A stretch of 64,000 nt of DNA from an uncultured Christensenella sp. (GTDB lineage: Bacteria; Bacillota; Clostridia; Christensenellales; UBA1242), in assembly GCA_949841595.1 (NCBI GenBank), contig CATKZB010000002.1, forward strand, positions 64,295 through 128,294, given 5' to 3'. The first letter of the stretch is position 1. Each line of letters begins with the position of its first letter. Under the pieces are notes generated by a model. That model was not told the origin of the DNA and did no database searches. It saw only the letters and a program-made list of their open reading frames with translations. Below are positions 45,720-53,906 of the stretch, piece by piece. The position numbers and the translations under genes are program-made.

Positions 45720-48488
45720 ATGAAAAAAATTAAAAAAACGAAAAAGAAAAAGCAAGTTTTGCAAGACATTCCAATTGTGCGTTATCAAACAGATAAGGAC
45801 CATGGTTTATCTGAAGAACAAATCAATGAAAGACTGGAACACAAACTTGTCAATGACACAAAAATAAAAACTTCAAACACCTATCTCTCCATTTTCTGCA
45901 AAAACATTTTCACGGTGTTCAACATAATTTGGGTGGCAATTGCCATTGCACTTATGTGTGTCAATGCTTGGAGCGATTTGTTGTTTTTGTTTGTCGTCAT
46001 AGCAAACACTGCAATCTCAATTTTTCAAGAAATCAAAGCTAAAAACACAGTTGAAAAACTCTCTATGGTTACAGCACCAAAAATCAAAGTTATCAGAATG
46101 GGGCTTCAACTTGAAGTGAAAGGTGAAGATTTGCTCCTTGATGACATTATTATCCTTGAAAACGGAAATCAAATTCCTGCTGACTGCATCATTATCGATG
46201 GAAAGGTTGAGGCAAACGAAAGCTTATTGACTGGAGAGTCAAATTCCATCAAGAAACAAGAAAATGACACCCTTCTTGCTGGAAGCTTTTTGGTTTCAGG
46301 TTTGTGTTATGCACGTGTGGACAAAGTTGGTAAAAACAACTACATTCAAACGGTTGCAGAAAGGACAAAGGACTTCAAACCTCAAACATCCAACCTTTTC
46401 AAGGATTTAAACAGCTTAATTAAAATCATCATTTTGATTCTTATTCCAATTGGCATTCTCACTTATTTTAAAGAAATTTTCATTGCAAATTCCAGTATAA
46501 CCGATGCCATAACTGGCACAAGTGGAGCTTTAACAGGAATGATTCCAGCAGGAATGTATCTGCTTATCACAGTTGGACTTTCAGTTGGTGTCATCAAACT
46601 TGCAAGAAAAAAGACTTTGGTCAAAAATTTGTATTCCATCGAAATGCTCGCAAGAGCAAATGTGCTTTGTCTTGACAAAACAGGCACAATAACTGATGGA
46701 ACAATGAATGTCATTGAAGTTGCCCCTCAGAATGGAACAAGTTTATCTCAAATTGAAAAAACAATCAAACAAGTTCTGGCAAATCAACAAACAACAAATG
46801 CAACAAGCGTAGCACTGTTGGAACGTTTTGGAAAAGACATTCATGCAGATGCAAAAGAAGTTATCGAATTTTCTTCTCAAAGGAAATACAGTGCCACCAC
46901 CCTTAAAAATGGAAAAACCTATTATATCGGAGCTGTTGGATTTATTAAATGTGCTGTGACTGCTGCACAAAAAAATCTTATGAACAGCTACATGGAAAAA
47001 GGCTATCGCGTGATTTCCTTTGTGGAAGATGCTCATGCATATTCAGAAAAAACTGCAGGCAAAAACGGAAAGCTCCTCGCATTCTTTATTTTGGAAGACC
47101 ATATCAGAAAAGATGCCGTTGAAACCATTGCTTGGTTTAAAGAAAACAATGTTGACATCAAAATAATTTCTGGAGATGATGCACTCACAGTTTCCAAAAT
47201 TGCCAAAAGAGTGGGAGTTGAAAACAGCGACAAATTTATTTCACTTGAAAACATGAGTTTGCAAGAAGTTGCTCAAATTGCCAACAAATTCACTGTTTTT
47301 GGACGTGTTACACCCGAACAAAAACACACAATCATAAAAACATTAAAAACACAAGGAAATGTTGTTGCAATGACTGGCGATGGAGTAAACGACACCCTTG
47401 CTCTTAAAGAAGCCAATTGCTCAATTGCCATGGCAGATGGAAGTGAAGTTGCCAGAAACATCTCTCACTTAGTGCTTATGGAAAGCAATTTCTCAGCTCT
47501 TCCTTCAATTGTAAGAGAAGGGCGTCAAATTGTGAATAATGTTCAACATTCATCAGTGCTCTATTTGATGAAAACAATTTTCACAATCATGCTGTGCGTG
47601 ACAACTTTGGTTTTAAGAATTTCCTATCCTTTCACGCCAAAACAACTGCTTCTTCTTGAAATGTTTATCATTGGTGTACCTTCGTTTATTTTGACCTTCC
47701 AGCCAAACAACGAACTTATTCGTGGAAATTTCATCCCTCAGGTCTTGAAAAAAACTATCCCTTGTGCCCTTTTGATGTTTATAAACTTGTTGATTGTGCT
47801 TATTTTAAATGAAAACACTTCAACTTTGACACAAACAGAATATGCAACACTCACAACTTTACTTTTGACTTTTGTAAGTTACATCAACTTGCTGTGGGTA
47901 TGTTGGCCACTCAATTGGCTCCGTGGCGCATGTGTTGCAATCTCTGCAACATTAATCATATCTTGCATTGTAGGTCTCGGAAAATTTTTCTTAATAACCG
48001 ATTTCACTTTCCCAGTTATGGTGACTTTGGCAACATTATTGTTATGTTCAATCTTGGTGGTTGTAGGTTTCTATTATCTTAAAGATTGGTATGGAACTCG
48101 AAGACAAGCAAAAGTTTCAGCAGTCTCTGAAAATTCTGCCACTGAAACACCTGCAGAACCTAAACCAGAAAAAGACAGTTGGTGGCAAAAAATAGTCACA
48201 AAGTTCACAAGAGACGATTCAAATCCTTCCGACTACACAGCATATGAATCTGTGACTGTTCAATCAGTTGACAATTCACAAAAAGAGCAACAAAAACCTA
48301 TTGAAAAGAAAAAGTCATCTACCAAAAAGTCGACTTCAGCTTCAACAAAAAAATCACCAACAGCAAAGAAAACTGATGCAAAACCTAAAGCAAATCGACA
48401 AACCAAGCAAAGTGAAACCAAAAAGTCAACTGCAAGCAAAAAAACAGCAACAACATCAACTGGTCAAAAGAAAATAAACAAAAAATAA
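45720..48488 (+). CDS. cation-transporting P-type ATPase with ~130-aa non-membrane C-terminal tail
   Basis: TGES, DKTGTIT and TGDGVNDTLALKEA motifs, 10 predicted TMs, and a K/S/T-rich tail. Confidence 0.9.
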   Translation: MKKIKKTKKKKQVLQDIPIVRYQTDKDHGLSEEQINERLEHKLVNDTKIKTSNTYLSIFCKNIFTVFNIIWVAIAIALMCVNAWSDLLFLFVVIANTAISIFQEIKAKNTVEKLSMVTAPKIKVIRMGLQLEVKGEDLLLDDIIILENGNQIPADCIIIDGKVEANESLLTGESNSIKKQENDTLLAGSFLVSGLCYARVDKVGKNNYIQTVAERTKDFKPQTSNLFKDLNSLIKIIILILIPIGILTYFKEIFIANSSITDAITGTSGALTGMIPAGMYLLITVGLSVGVIKLARKKTLVKNLYSIEMLARANVLCLDKTGTITDGTMNVIEVAPQNGTSLSQIEKTIKQVLANQQTTNATSVALLERFGKDIHADAKEVIEFSSQRKYSATTLKNGKTYYIGAVGFIKCAVTAAQKNLMNSYMEKGYRVISFVEDAHAYSEKTAGKNGKLLAFFILEDHIRKDAVETIAWFKENNVDIKIISGDDALTVSKIAKRVGVENSDKFISLENMSLQEVAQIANKFTVFGRVTPEQKHTIIKTLKTQGNVVAMTGDGVNDTLALKEANCSIAMADGSEVARNISHLVLMESNFSALPSIVREGRQIVNNVQHSSVLYLMKTIFTIMLCVTTLVLRISYPFTPKQLLLLEMFIIGVPSFILTFQPNNELIRGNFIPQVLKKTIPCALLMFINLLIVLILNENTSTLTQTEYATLTTLLLTFVSYINLLWVCWPLNWLRGACVAISATLIISCIVGLGKFFLITDFTFPVMVTLATLLLCSILVVVGFYYLKDWYGTRRQAKVSAVSENSATETPAEPKPEKDSWWQKIVTKFTRDDSNPSDYTAYESVTVQSVDNSQKEQQKPIEKKKSSTKKSTSASTKKSPTAKKTDAKPKANRQTKQSETKKSTASKKTATTSTGQKKINKK

Positions 48489-48512
48489 AACAAGCAAATT
48501 TGCTTGTTTTAT
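48489..48512 (+). terminator. terminator of the ATPase gene
   Basis: AACAAGCAAA / TTTGCTTGTT palindrome followed by TTATTATTTTTT. Confidence 0.6.
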
Positions 48513-48530
48513 TATTTTTTCAATAAAGTA

Positions 48531-48558
48531 TTGACAAACTCCCCCCCCGTGCTACAAT
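48531..48558 (+). promoter_or_regulatory. consensus extended -10 promoter with a C8 homopolymer in the spacer
   Basis: TTGACA (48531-48536) - 16 nt (aact CCCCCCCC gtgc) - TACAAT (48553-48558), with TG at 48550-48551. Confidence 0.6.
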
Positions 48559-48588
48559 CAGGTATCAAACAAAAAAGGAGAAAAAATT

Positions 48589-49560
48589 ATGGCAAGCGAA
48601 CTTTATTTGAATGCATACATACCAAGTGCTGGTGAATATGATATTTATTTCAACAAATTCATAGCTTTTATGGGAGCAAAGCTTTCAGAAAAAGCAAAAA
48701 AGAATGGTACATATTCGGATGATACCTATGATGCTGGCAATTATTTCTTAAGAACTGCCCTCGCGTGGTCTTCTGATAAAGTCTTTTATGGATGCTATAA
48801 TGGGGCTCGTGATTGGAGTTTTTCAGACCGTAAGGGCGCCGGCCTGCGTGTCGCTTTTCAACTAATTTACAATCCAGAAAATAGCCTTGTTAAAGGTTGC
48901 CAGACAAAAACTCAAACATCTTTAGTTTATGACAATGGCAAACCTGAGTATACTGGAAATGGAGAAAGAAAAGAGGTCACAAGCAAAGCACCAATAGTTA
49001 TGTTTGGTGGAAAAGAATGCATCTGGCTCAACAAAGAAGAGTGTGAAAGTGGAAAAGACAAAACTATGAAGCTTTGGACACTTGAACTTGTTGATTGTGC
49101 AAAACCTTATTACATTGATGGTAAGGAAGAACCAAATAATGATTTTGGAAAAGCAAAAGCATTGCTTGAACAATGTGAATCAGCGTTGGTTGAAGGATGT
49201 ACAAAAGAAGAACTTGACATGCTTGTCACAGTGAAGATGAGCAAAGAAGACAACTATGAAAAAGTTGAACCAATTCTTGAAAAAGCAAAAGCAAATGAAG
49301 AAAAAACAGTTGAAGGATTGTTTGAAGCACTTTTAAACAATGAAATTGACGAAGAAACTTTGAGAAAAGGCTTGAAAGAAATTTCAAAAACAGAAAGAGA
49401 AAAAGAAGGAGCTTCTAAAGAAACAGCAAAAGCTTTGGAAACAAAGATTGCCAGAGAGGCAAAACAATTTAATAAAAAACTTGCAGAAAGAGAAAAAGTT
49501 GGTTCAGCATTTGACTCAGTTGACAAATCGATTGATGATTTGAAATTGGGAGGAAAATAA
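48589..49560 (+). CDS. hypothetical 323-aa protein: globular N-terminal half and K/E-rich coiled-coil-like C-terminal half
   Basis: GGAG - 8 nt - ATG 48589. Contains a local GC-rich codon patch (48801-48858, ...RKGAGLRVAFQL). Confidence 0.65.
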   Translation: MASELYLNAYIPSAGEYDIYFNKFIAFMGAKLSEKAKKNGTYSDDTYDAGNYFLRTALAWSSDKVFYGCYNGARDWSFSDRKGAGLRVAFQLIYNPENSLVKGCQTKTQTSLVYDNGKPEYTGNGERKEVTSKAPIVMFGGKECIWLNKEECESGKDKTMKLWTLELVDCAKPYYIDGKEEPNNDFGKAKALLEQCESALVEGCTKEELDMLVTVKMSKEDNYEKVEPILEKAKANEEKTVEGLFEALLNNEIDEETLRKGLKEISKTEREKEGASKETAKALETKIAREAKQFNKKLAEREKVGSAFDSVDKSIDDLKLGGK

Positions 49561-49562
49561 GC

Positions 49563-49670
49563 ATGGACAAAACACAAAAAGCTTTTGACGAGTTGGATGC
49601 AAAGATTGATGCTTATTGCGACTCTTTAAAATCAAACAAACTCTTTCAAGCAAACAAAAACAGAAAATAA
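49563..49670 (+). CDS. 35-aa ORF directly after the 323-aa gene
   Basis: GGGAGG (49548-49553) - 9 nt - ATG 49563. MDKTQKAFDELDAKIDAYCDSLKSNKLFQANKNRK, with TAA at 49668-49670 followed at once by a terminator. Confidence 0.4.
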   Translation: MDKTQKAFDELDAKIDAYCDSLKSNKLFQANKNRK

Positions 49671-49673
49671 GAA

Positions 49674-49698
49674 AAGACAGATTCTTCTGTCTTTTTTT
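49674..49698. terminator. bidirectional terminator shared with recD2
   Basis: AAGACAGA - ttct - TCTGTCTT followed by a T-run. Confidence 0.7.
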
Positions 49699-51934
49699 AT
49701 TCAAACATTGTTCTCACTTTTTCATCTGCTGTTTTAAGCAGGCTTTTTAGAAGTGTGAAACGCGTTGCCGTATATTTGTTTGAAACCATACGTTTAAGAT
49801 ATTGTTTTTCGCCCACAATAACCACCATTTTTTTCGCACGAGTGACTGCTGTATAAATCAGATTTCTCGTGAGAATTATGCTTGGACCTGCTATTGCAGG
49901 AATGATGATTGTGTCAAATTCAGACCCCTGACTTTTGTGAATTGTGATGGCATAAGAAAGTGACAAATCCATCAAATCTGGTCGTGTGTAAAGGCAAATT
50001 CTTCCGTCTTCAAATTCAACAATAACTTCACTGGTCTGTGGATCAATTGTTGAGATTATGCCAATATCGCCGTTGAAAACACCCTGCCCTGTTTCATCTG
50101 CAAAAAGTCCATGTTTTTTCCATTCTAGGTCATAGTTATTCGACATCTGCATAACTTTGTCACCTTCTCTGAAAATGGTGTGACCATATTCCACTTGTCT
50201 TTTGTTTGAAGCCGGTGGATTGATTTTTTCTTGCAAAACTTTGTTTAAATTTTCAATTCCACAAACACCTGCCTTAAGTGGTGCAAGCACCTGTATTGTC
50301 TGTGGGTCAACTTTCAAAAACTTAGGCAATCTTGTGGTAACCAAATCCAAAATGGTGTTTTTGATAATTTCAGGATCGTTTTTGCTCTCAAAAAAGAAAT
50401 CCATGCTGGTGTTGTCGATAAGTGGCATTTTTCCTTCGTTGATAAGGTGAGCGTTTGTGATAATCAAACTTTTTTCATCCTGTCTGAAGATTTTTGTAAG
50501 CATACAGAATTTCACAACACCACTTTGCAAAACATCTGCCAAAACATTTCCAGCCCCCACACTTGGCAACTGGTCTTTGTCTCCCACCAAAATCAATTTG
50601 CAATCTCTTGGCATTGCTTTTAAAAGTGAACACATCAATGCTGCATCCACCATTGAAACTTCATCCACAATCACGGCATCTGTTTTAAGTGGATTTGATT
50701 CGTTATGCACAAAAAAACTTTGCTCTGACTGAATTGCATTCACTTCCAAAAGTCTGTGTATTGTTTTTGCTTCTCTGCCTGTGCTGTCGCTCATACGCTT
50801 TGCTGCACGCCCCGTTGGTGCAACCAAAGAAACATTCTTCTGCTGAGCAGACAAAATCTCCAAAATGCACTTTATGATTGTGGTTTTCCCCGTTCCTGGG
50901 CCACCAGTTATAACAAAAACACCATTATTTATTGCTCCTGTAATGGCATTTTTTTGCTCTTCATGAAAAACAATATTATTTCTCTGCTCAAAGTTTTCAA
51001 TTTCTTGTGTAACATCAAACTCTTCCAACTTTTGACAATTTGCCAACCACACCAACTTTTGTGCAATAGAATTTTCATAATAATAATATTTTGAAAGCAT
51101 AACGATTTCAGTGTTTTCCACCCAAGTGGTCACTGCTGTTCTATCCAAAGTCAAACTGTCAAAAGCTTCTTTAAATCTTTTGTCATTTTCTTCGAGAGAA
51201 AGTTCCAAAGCAGAAGCTGCTTGCTCCAAAAGCATAATTTTAGGAAGATAAGTGTTGCCATTTTTTTCACAAGAGGTTTTCAAAACATAAATAAGCCCTG
51301 CTCGGATTCTGAACATAGAATCTTTTGGAATTCCTGAGTTCTGAGCAATCCTGTCTGCTGACAAAAATCCAATTCCGTCTATATCTTCCACCAACTTATA
51401 CGGATTGTTTTTGACAATCTCAGTCGTTTTTTCTCTGTAAACATTATATATCTTCAACGCCATATTTGTTGAAATATTAAAATTTTGCAAAAACATAATG
51501 GTGTTTTGCACTTCTCTATGCTCTTTAAACGAAAATCCAATCTCAACAGCCTTCTTTTCGCTGATTCCAGAAATCTGTGCAAGTTTTTGTGGTGCATATT
51601 CCAAAATATCCAAAGTTTCTTTGCCAAAATGCTCAACAATTTTTTTTGCCGTGATTGGTCCAACACCTTTAATTAAACCACTTCCCAAATATCTTTCAAT
51701 CCCAGCCAAATTTTTTGGCATAGAAATCTCATAGGTGTCAAAAACATATTGCACCCCATATTTGGTCTTTTCAAACTTGCCTTCCAAACTGACAAGAGCT
51801 CCAACCTGTATATCAATAAATTTTCCAACAACAGTCACCACAGAGTCGTCTTTTTCCAGTCTTGCAACCGTGTAACCATTCTCATCATTGCGATAAACTA
51901 TGTCTTCAATTGTTCCTGTTAATGCCATAGTCAT
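49697..51934 (-). CDS. recD2: RecD2-type SF1 5'-3' DNA helicase
   Basis: GGPGTGKTT Walker A, SF1 motifs, N-terminal OB/HhH-like region (TGTIEDIVYRNDENGYTVARLE). Confidence 0.9.
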   Translation of the reverse strand: MTMALTGTIEDIVYRNDENGYTVARLEKDDSVVTVVGKFIDIQVGALVSLEGKFEKTKYGVQYVFDTYEISMPKNLAGIERYLGSGLIKGVGPITAKKIVEHFGKETLDILEYAPQKLAQISGISEKKAVEIGFSFKEHREVQNTIMFLQNFNISTNMALKIYNVYREKTTEIVKNNPYKLVEDIDGIGFLSADRIAQNSGIPKDSMFRIRAGLIYVLKTSCEKNGNTYLPKIMLLEQAASALELSLEENDKRFKEAFDSLTLDRTAVTTWVENTEIVMLSKYYYYENSIAQKLVWLANCQKLEEFDVTQEIENFEQRNNIVFHEEQKNAITGAINNGVFVITGGPGTGKTTIIKCILEILSAQQKNVSLVAPTGRAAKRMSDSTGREAKTIHRLLEVNAIQSEQSFFVHNESNPLKTDAVIVDEVSMVDAALMCSLLKAMPRDCKLILVGDKDQLPSVGAGNVLADVLQSGVVKFCMLTKIFRQDEKSLIITNAHLINEGKMPLIDNTSMDFFFESKNDPEIIKNTILDLVTTRLPKFLKVDPQTIQVLAPLKAGVCGIENLNKVLQEKINPPASNKRQVEYGHTIFREGDKVMQMSNNYDLEWKKHGLFADETGQGVFNGDIGIISTIDPQTSEVIVEFEDGRICLYTRPDLMDLSLSYAITIHKSQGSEFDTIIIPAIAGPSIILTRNLIYTAVTRAKKMVVIVGEKQYLKRMVSNKYTATRFTLLKSLLKTADEKVRTMFE

Positions 51935-51972
51935 ATTTTAATAACTTTTTATTTAAAAAGCAAGTAAAACAG

Positions 51973-52001
51973 TTGCAAAAAAAAATCACATTTTATATAA
52001 T
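51973..52001 (+). promoter_or_regulatory. consensus promoter placed for a leaderless marR-cysS transcript
   Basis: TTGCAA (51973-51978) - 17 nt - TATAAT (51996-52001) - 7 nt - ATG 52009, with no SD. Confidence 0.55.
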
Positions 52002-52008
52002 TGTAAAT

Positions 52009-52392
52009 ATGAAAAATATAGACAAATTGCTTGAAATTGAAGCTCTAACTGAAAATCTTACAAAACATTTGGCAAAAAACAACTTGCTGAAAATCAAAGT
52101 TTTGTATTTTATCTCTCAATACGAGAATTTGTCTGTAAGCATGATTATTGATAAACTTGGTCTAAAAAAATCCAACTTTGCACTTATGACAAAAGATTTG
52201 GAAAACGAGGGACTTGTTGTTTCCAAACAAGGAGAAATCGACAAGCGCTGTCGCATGCTGTTTTTGACGGAAAAGGGAAAAGACGAACTTTCTTGTTTCA
52301 TGCAGACTCTCAATAGTTTCTTTCCAGAATCAAACAGCGAAATTGAACACGCTTTAGAAACTCTTTCCATATATCTTAACAAAAAGATTTAA
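52009..52392 (+). CDS. MarR-family winged-helix regulator
   Basis: Size and a pattern of the form ...LSVSMIIDKLGLKKSNFALMTKDLENEGLVVSKQGEIDKRCRMLFLTEKG. Confidence 0.75.
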   Translation: MKNIDKLLEIEALTENLTKHLAKNNLLKIKVLYFISQYENLSVSMIIDKLGLKKSNFALMTKDLENEGLVVSKQGEIDKRCRMLFLTEKGKDELSCFMQTLNSFFPESNSEIEHALETLSIYLNKKI

Positions 52393-52407
52393 AGTTTGGA
52401 GGAAAAA

Positions 52408-53769
52408 ATGGTTAAATTTTATAATTCTCTCACTCGGGCAAAAGAAGAAGTCCCTTCTCATGAAGGCAATGTTGTCAAAATGTATTCTTGTGGTCCAACG
52501 GTTTATTATTACCCTCACATAGGAAATTTCAGAGCTTACCTTTTTATGGATAACATCAGAAGAGTTTTGAAATATAATGGCTACAAACTTGACGGCGTTA
52601 TGAACATCACTGATGTTGGACATTTGACTTCAGATGCTGATGAAGGTGAAGATAAAATGCTTGTTGCAAGCCAAAGGGAACATAAATCTCCTTGGGAAAT
52701 CGCAAAATATTACACTGATGTTTTTATGAATGACGCAAAGGCACTCAACATAGACTTGCCGGAACATATTGTCCCTGCAACTAGTGTCATTGAAGATATG
52801 ATTAAATTCGTTGAAAAACTGATTGAAAATGGCTATGCTTATGAAACCAGCAAAGGCATTTATTTTGACATTGCAAAGTTTAAGGATTATGGCAAGCTTT
52901 CTGGCATGAACATAAACGAAAAACTGGCTGGTGCAAGAATTGATGTTGATGAAGAAAAACACTCCCCTTATGATTTTGTGCTTTGGGTGAAAGCTCCAAA
53001 AGAACATATCATGCAATGGCAAAGCCCTTGGGGAATGGGATATCCTGGTTGGCACATAGAGTGTTCTGTTATCGGAGACAAATTCCTTGGAGAAACTATT
53101 GATATACACACTGGTGGAGTTGACCACAAGCCTGTGCATCATGAAAACGAAATTGCACAAAGCAATTGTCATTATGGGCATCAAGTTGTCAAGATGTGGA
53201 TGCATTTGGAATTTTTGCAAGTCGATGGTGGAAAAATGAGCAAAAGTCTTGGAAACATCTACACACTCAAAGACTTGGCAGAAAAAGGTTATTCAGCTGA
53301 AGACTTCAGATACTTCTATTTTATGGCACACTATTCAAAGCAACAAAATTTCACTTTTGATGCTATTGAAATGGCAAAAAACACTCTTAAAAGCATAAAG
53401 AACTTGACAAAAGAGCATAAAAATGGCACGGCTGTTGTTGACACAATAAGTTACGAAAAAGAGTTTTTAGATTGCATAAATGATGATTTAAACATGCCAA
53501 AAGCCATTGCTTGCGTGCTTAGAATGCTGAAAGAAGAGAGAAGTAAAGATGTTTATCAAACGATGATGCAATTTAATCAAGTCTTGGGACTAAACCTTGA
53601 AGAAATTGAAGATGATATTCCCGAAGAAATCAAAACTCTTTGTGAAAAACGCTGGCAAGCAAAGAAAAACAAAGATTTTGCAACAGCTGATTCTTTAAGA
53701 CAAGAGATTTCAAATTTAGGCTTTGAAGTGAAAGACACACGAGAAGGTTACAACATTATAAAAAAATAA
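52408..53769 (+). CDS. cysS: cysteine--tRNA ligase
   Basis: CGPTVYYYPHIGN (HIGH) and KMSKS motifs. GGAGG SD before ATG 52408. Confidence 0.95.
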   Translation: MVKFYNSLTRAKEEVPSHEGNVVKMYSCGPTVYYYPHIGNFRAYLFMDNIRRVLKYNGYKLDGVMNITDVGHLTSDADEGEDKMLVASQREHKSPWEIAKYYTDVFMNDAKALNIDLPEHIVPATSVIEDMIKFVEKLIENGYAYETSKGIYFDIAKFKDYGKLSGMNINEKLAGARIDVDEEKHSPYDFVLWVKAPKEHIMQWQSPWGMGYPGWHIECSVIGDKFLGETIDIHTGGVDHKPVHHENEIAQSNCHYGHQVVKMWMHLEFLQVDGGKMSKSLGNIYTLKDLAEKGYSAEDFRYFYFMAHYSKQQNFTFDAIEMAKNTLKSIKNLTKEHKNGTAVVDTISYEKEFLDCINDDLNMPKAIACVLRMLKEERSKDVYQTMMQFNQVLGLNLEEIEDDIPEEIKTLCEKRWQAKKNKDFATADSLRQEISNLGFEVKDTREGYNIIKK

Positions 53770-53785
53770 AAAATATTAAAACATC

Positions 53786-53815
53786 GAAAAAGTGCAAAAA
53801 TTTATGCACTTTTTC
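53786..53815 (+). terminator. cysS terminator
   Basis: GAAAAAGTGCA - 8 nt - TGCACTTTTTC followed by a T-run. Confidence 0.7.
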
Positions 53816-53906
53816 TTATTTTTTTATAATTATATGCAAAATTTATTTCAAAAAAAATTAAAACTAGTGTATACTAAAAAAGAAATTATAAACAAGGATT
53901 TTCATC

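Noticed and set aside
52393-52407. Looked for a T-box leader or other riboswitch upstream of cysS, a preQ1 element upstream of queH, and an M-box upstream of the P-type ATPase
   Set aside because: cysS starts 15 nt after the marR-like stop, and queH starts 11 nt after the arsR-like stop. The ATPase leader is ~90 nt of A/T with only a 7-bp hairpin. There is no room for, and no conserved core of, these elements.
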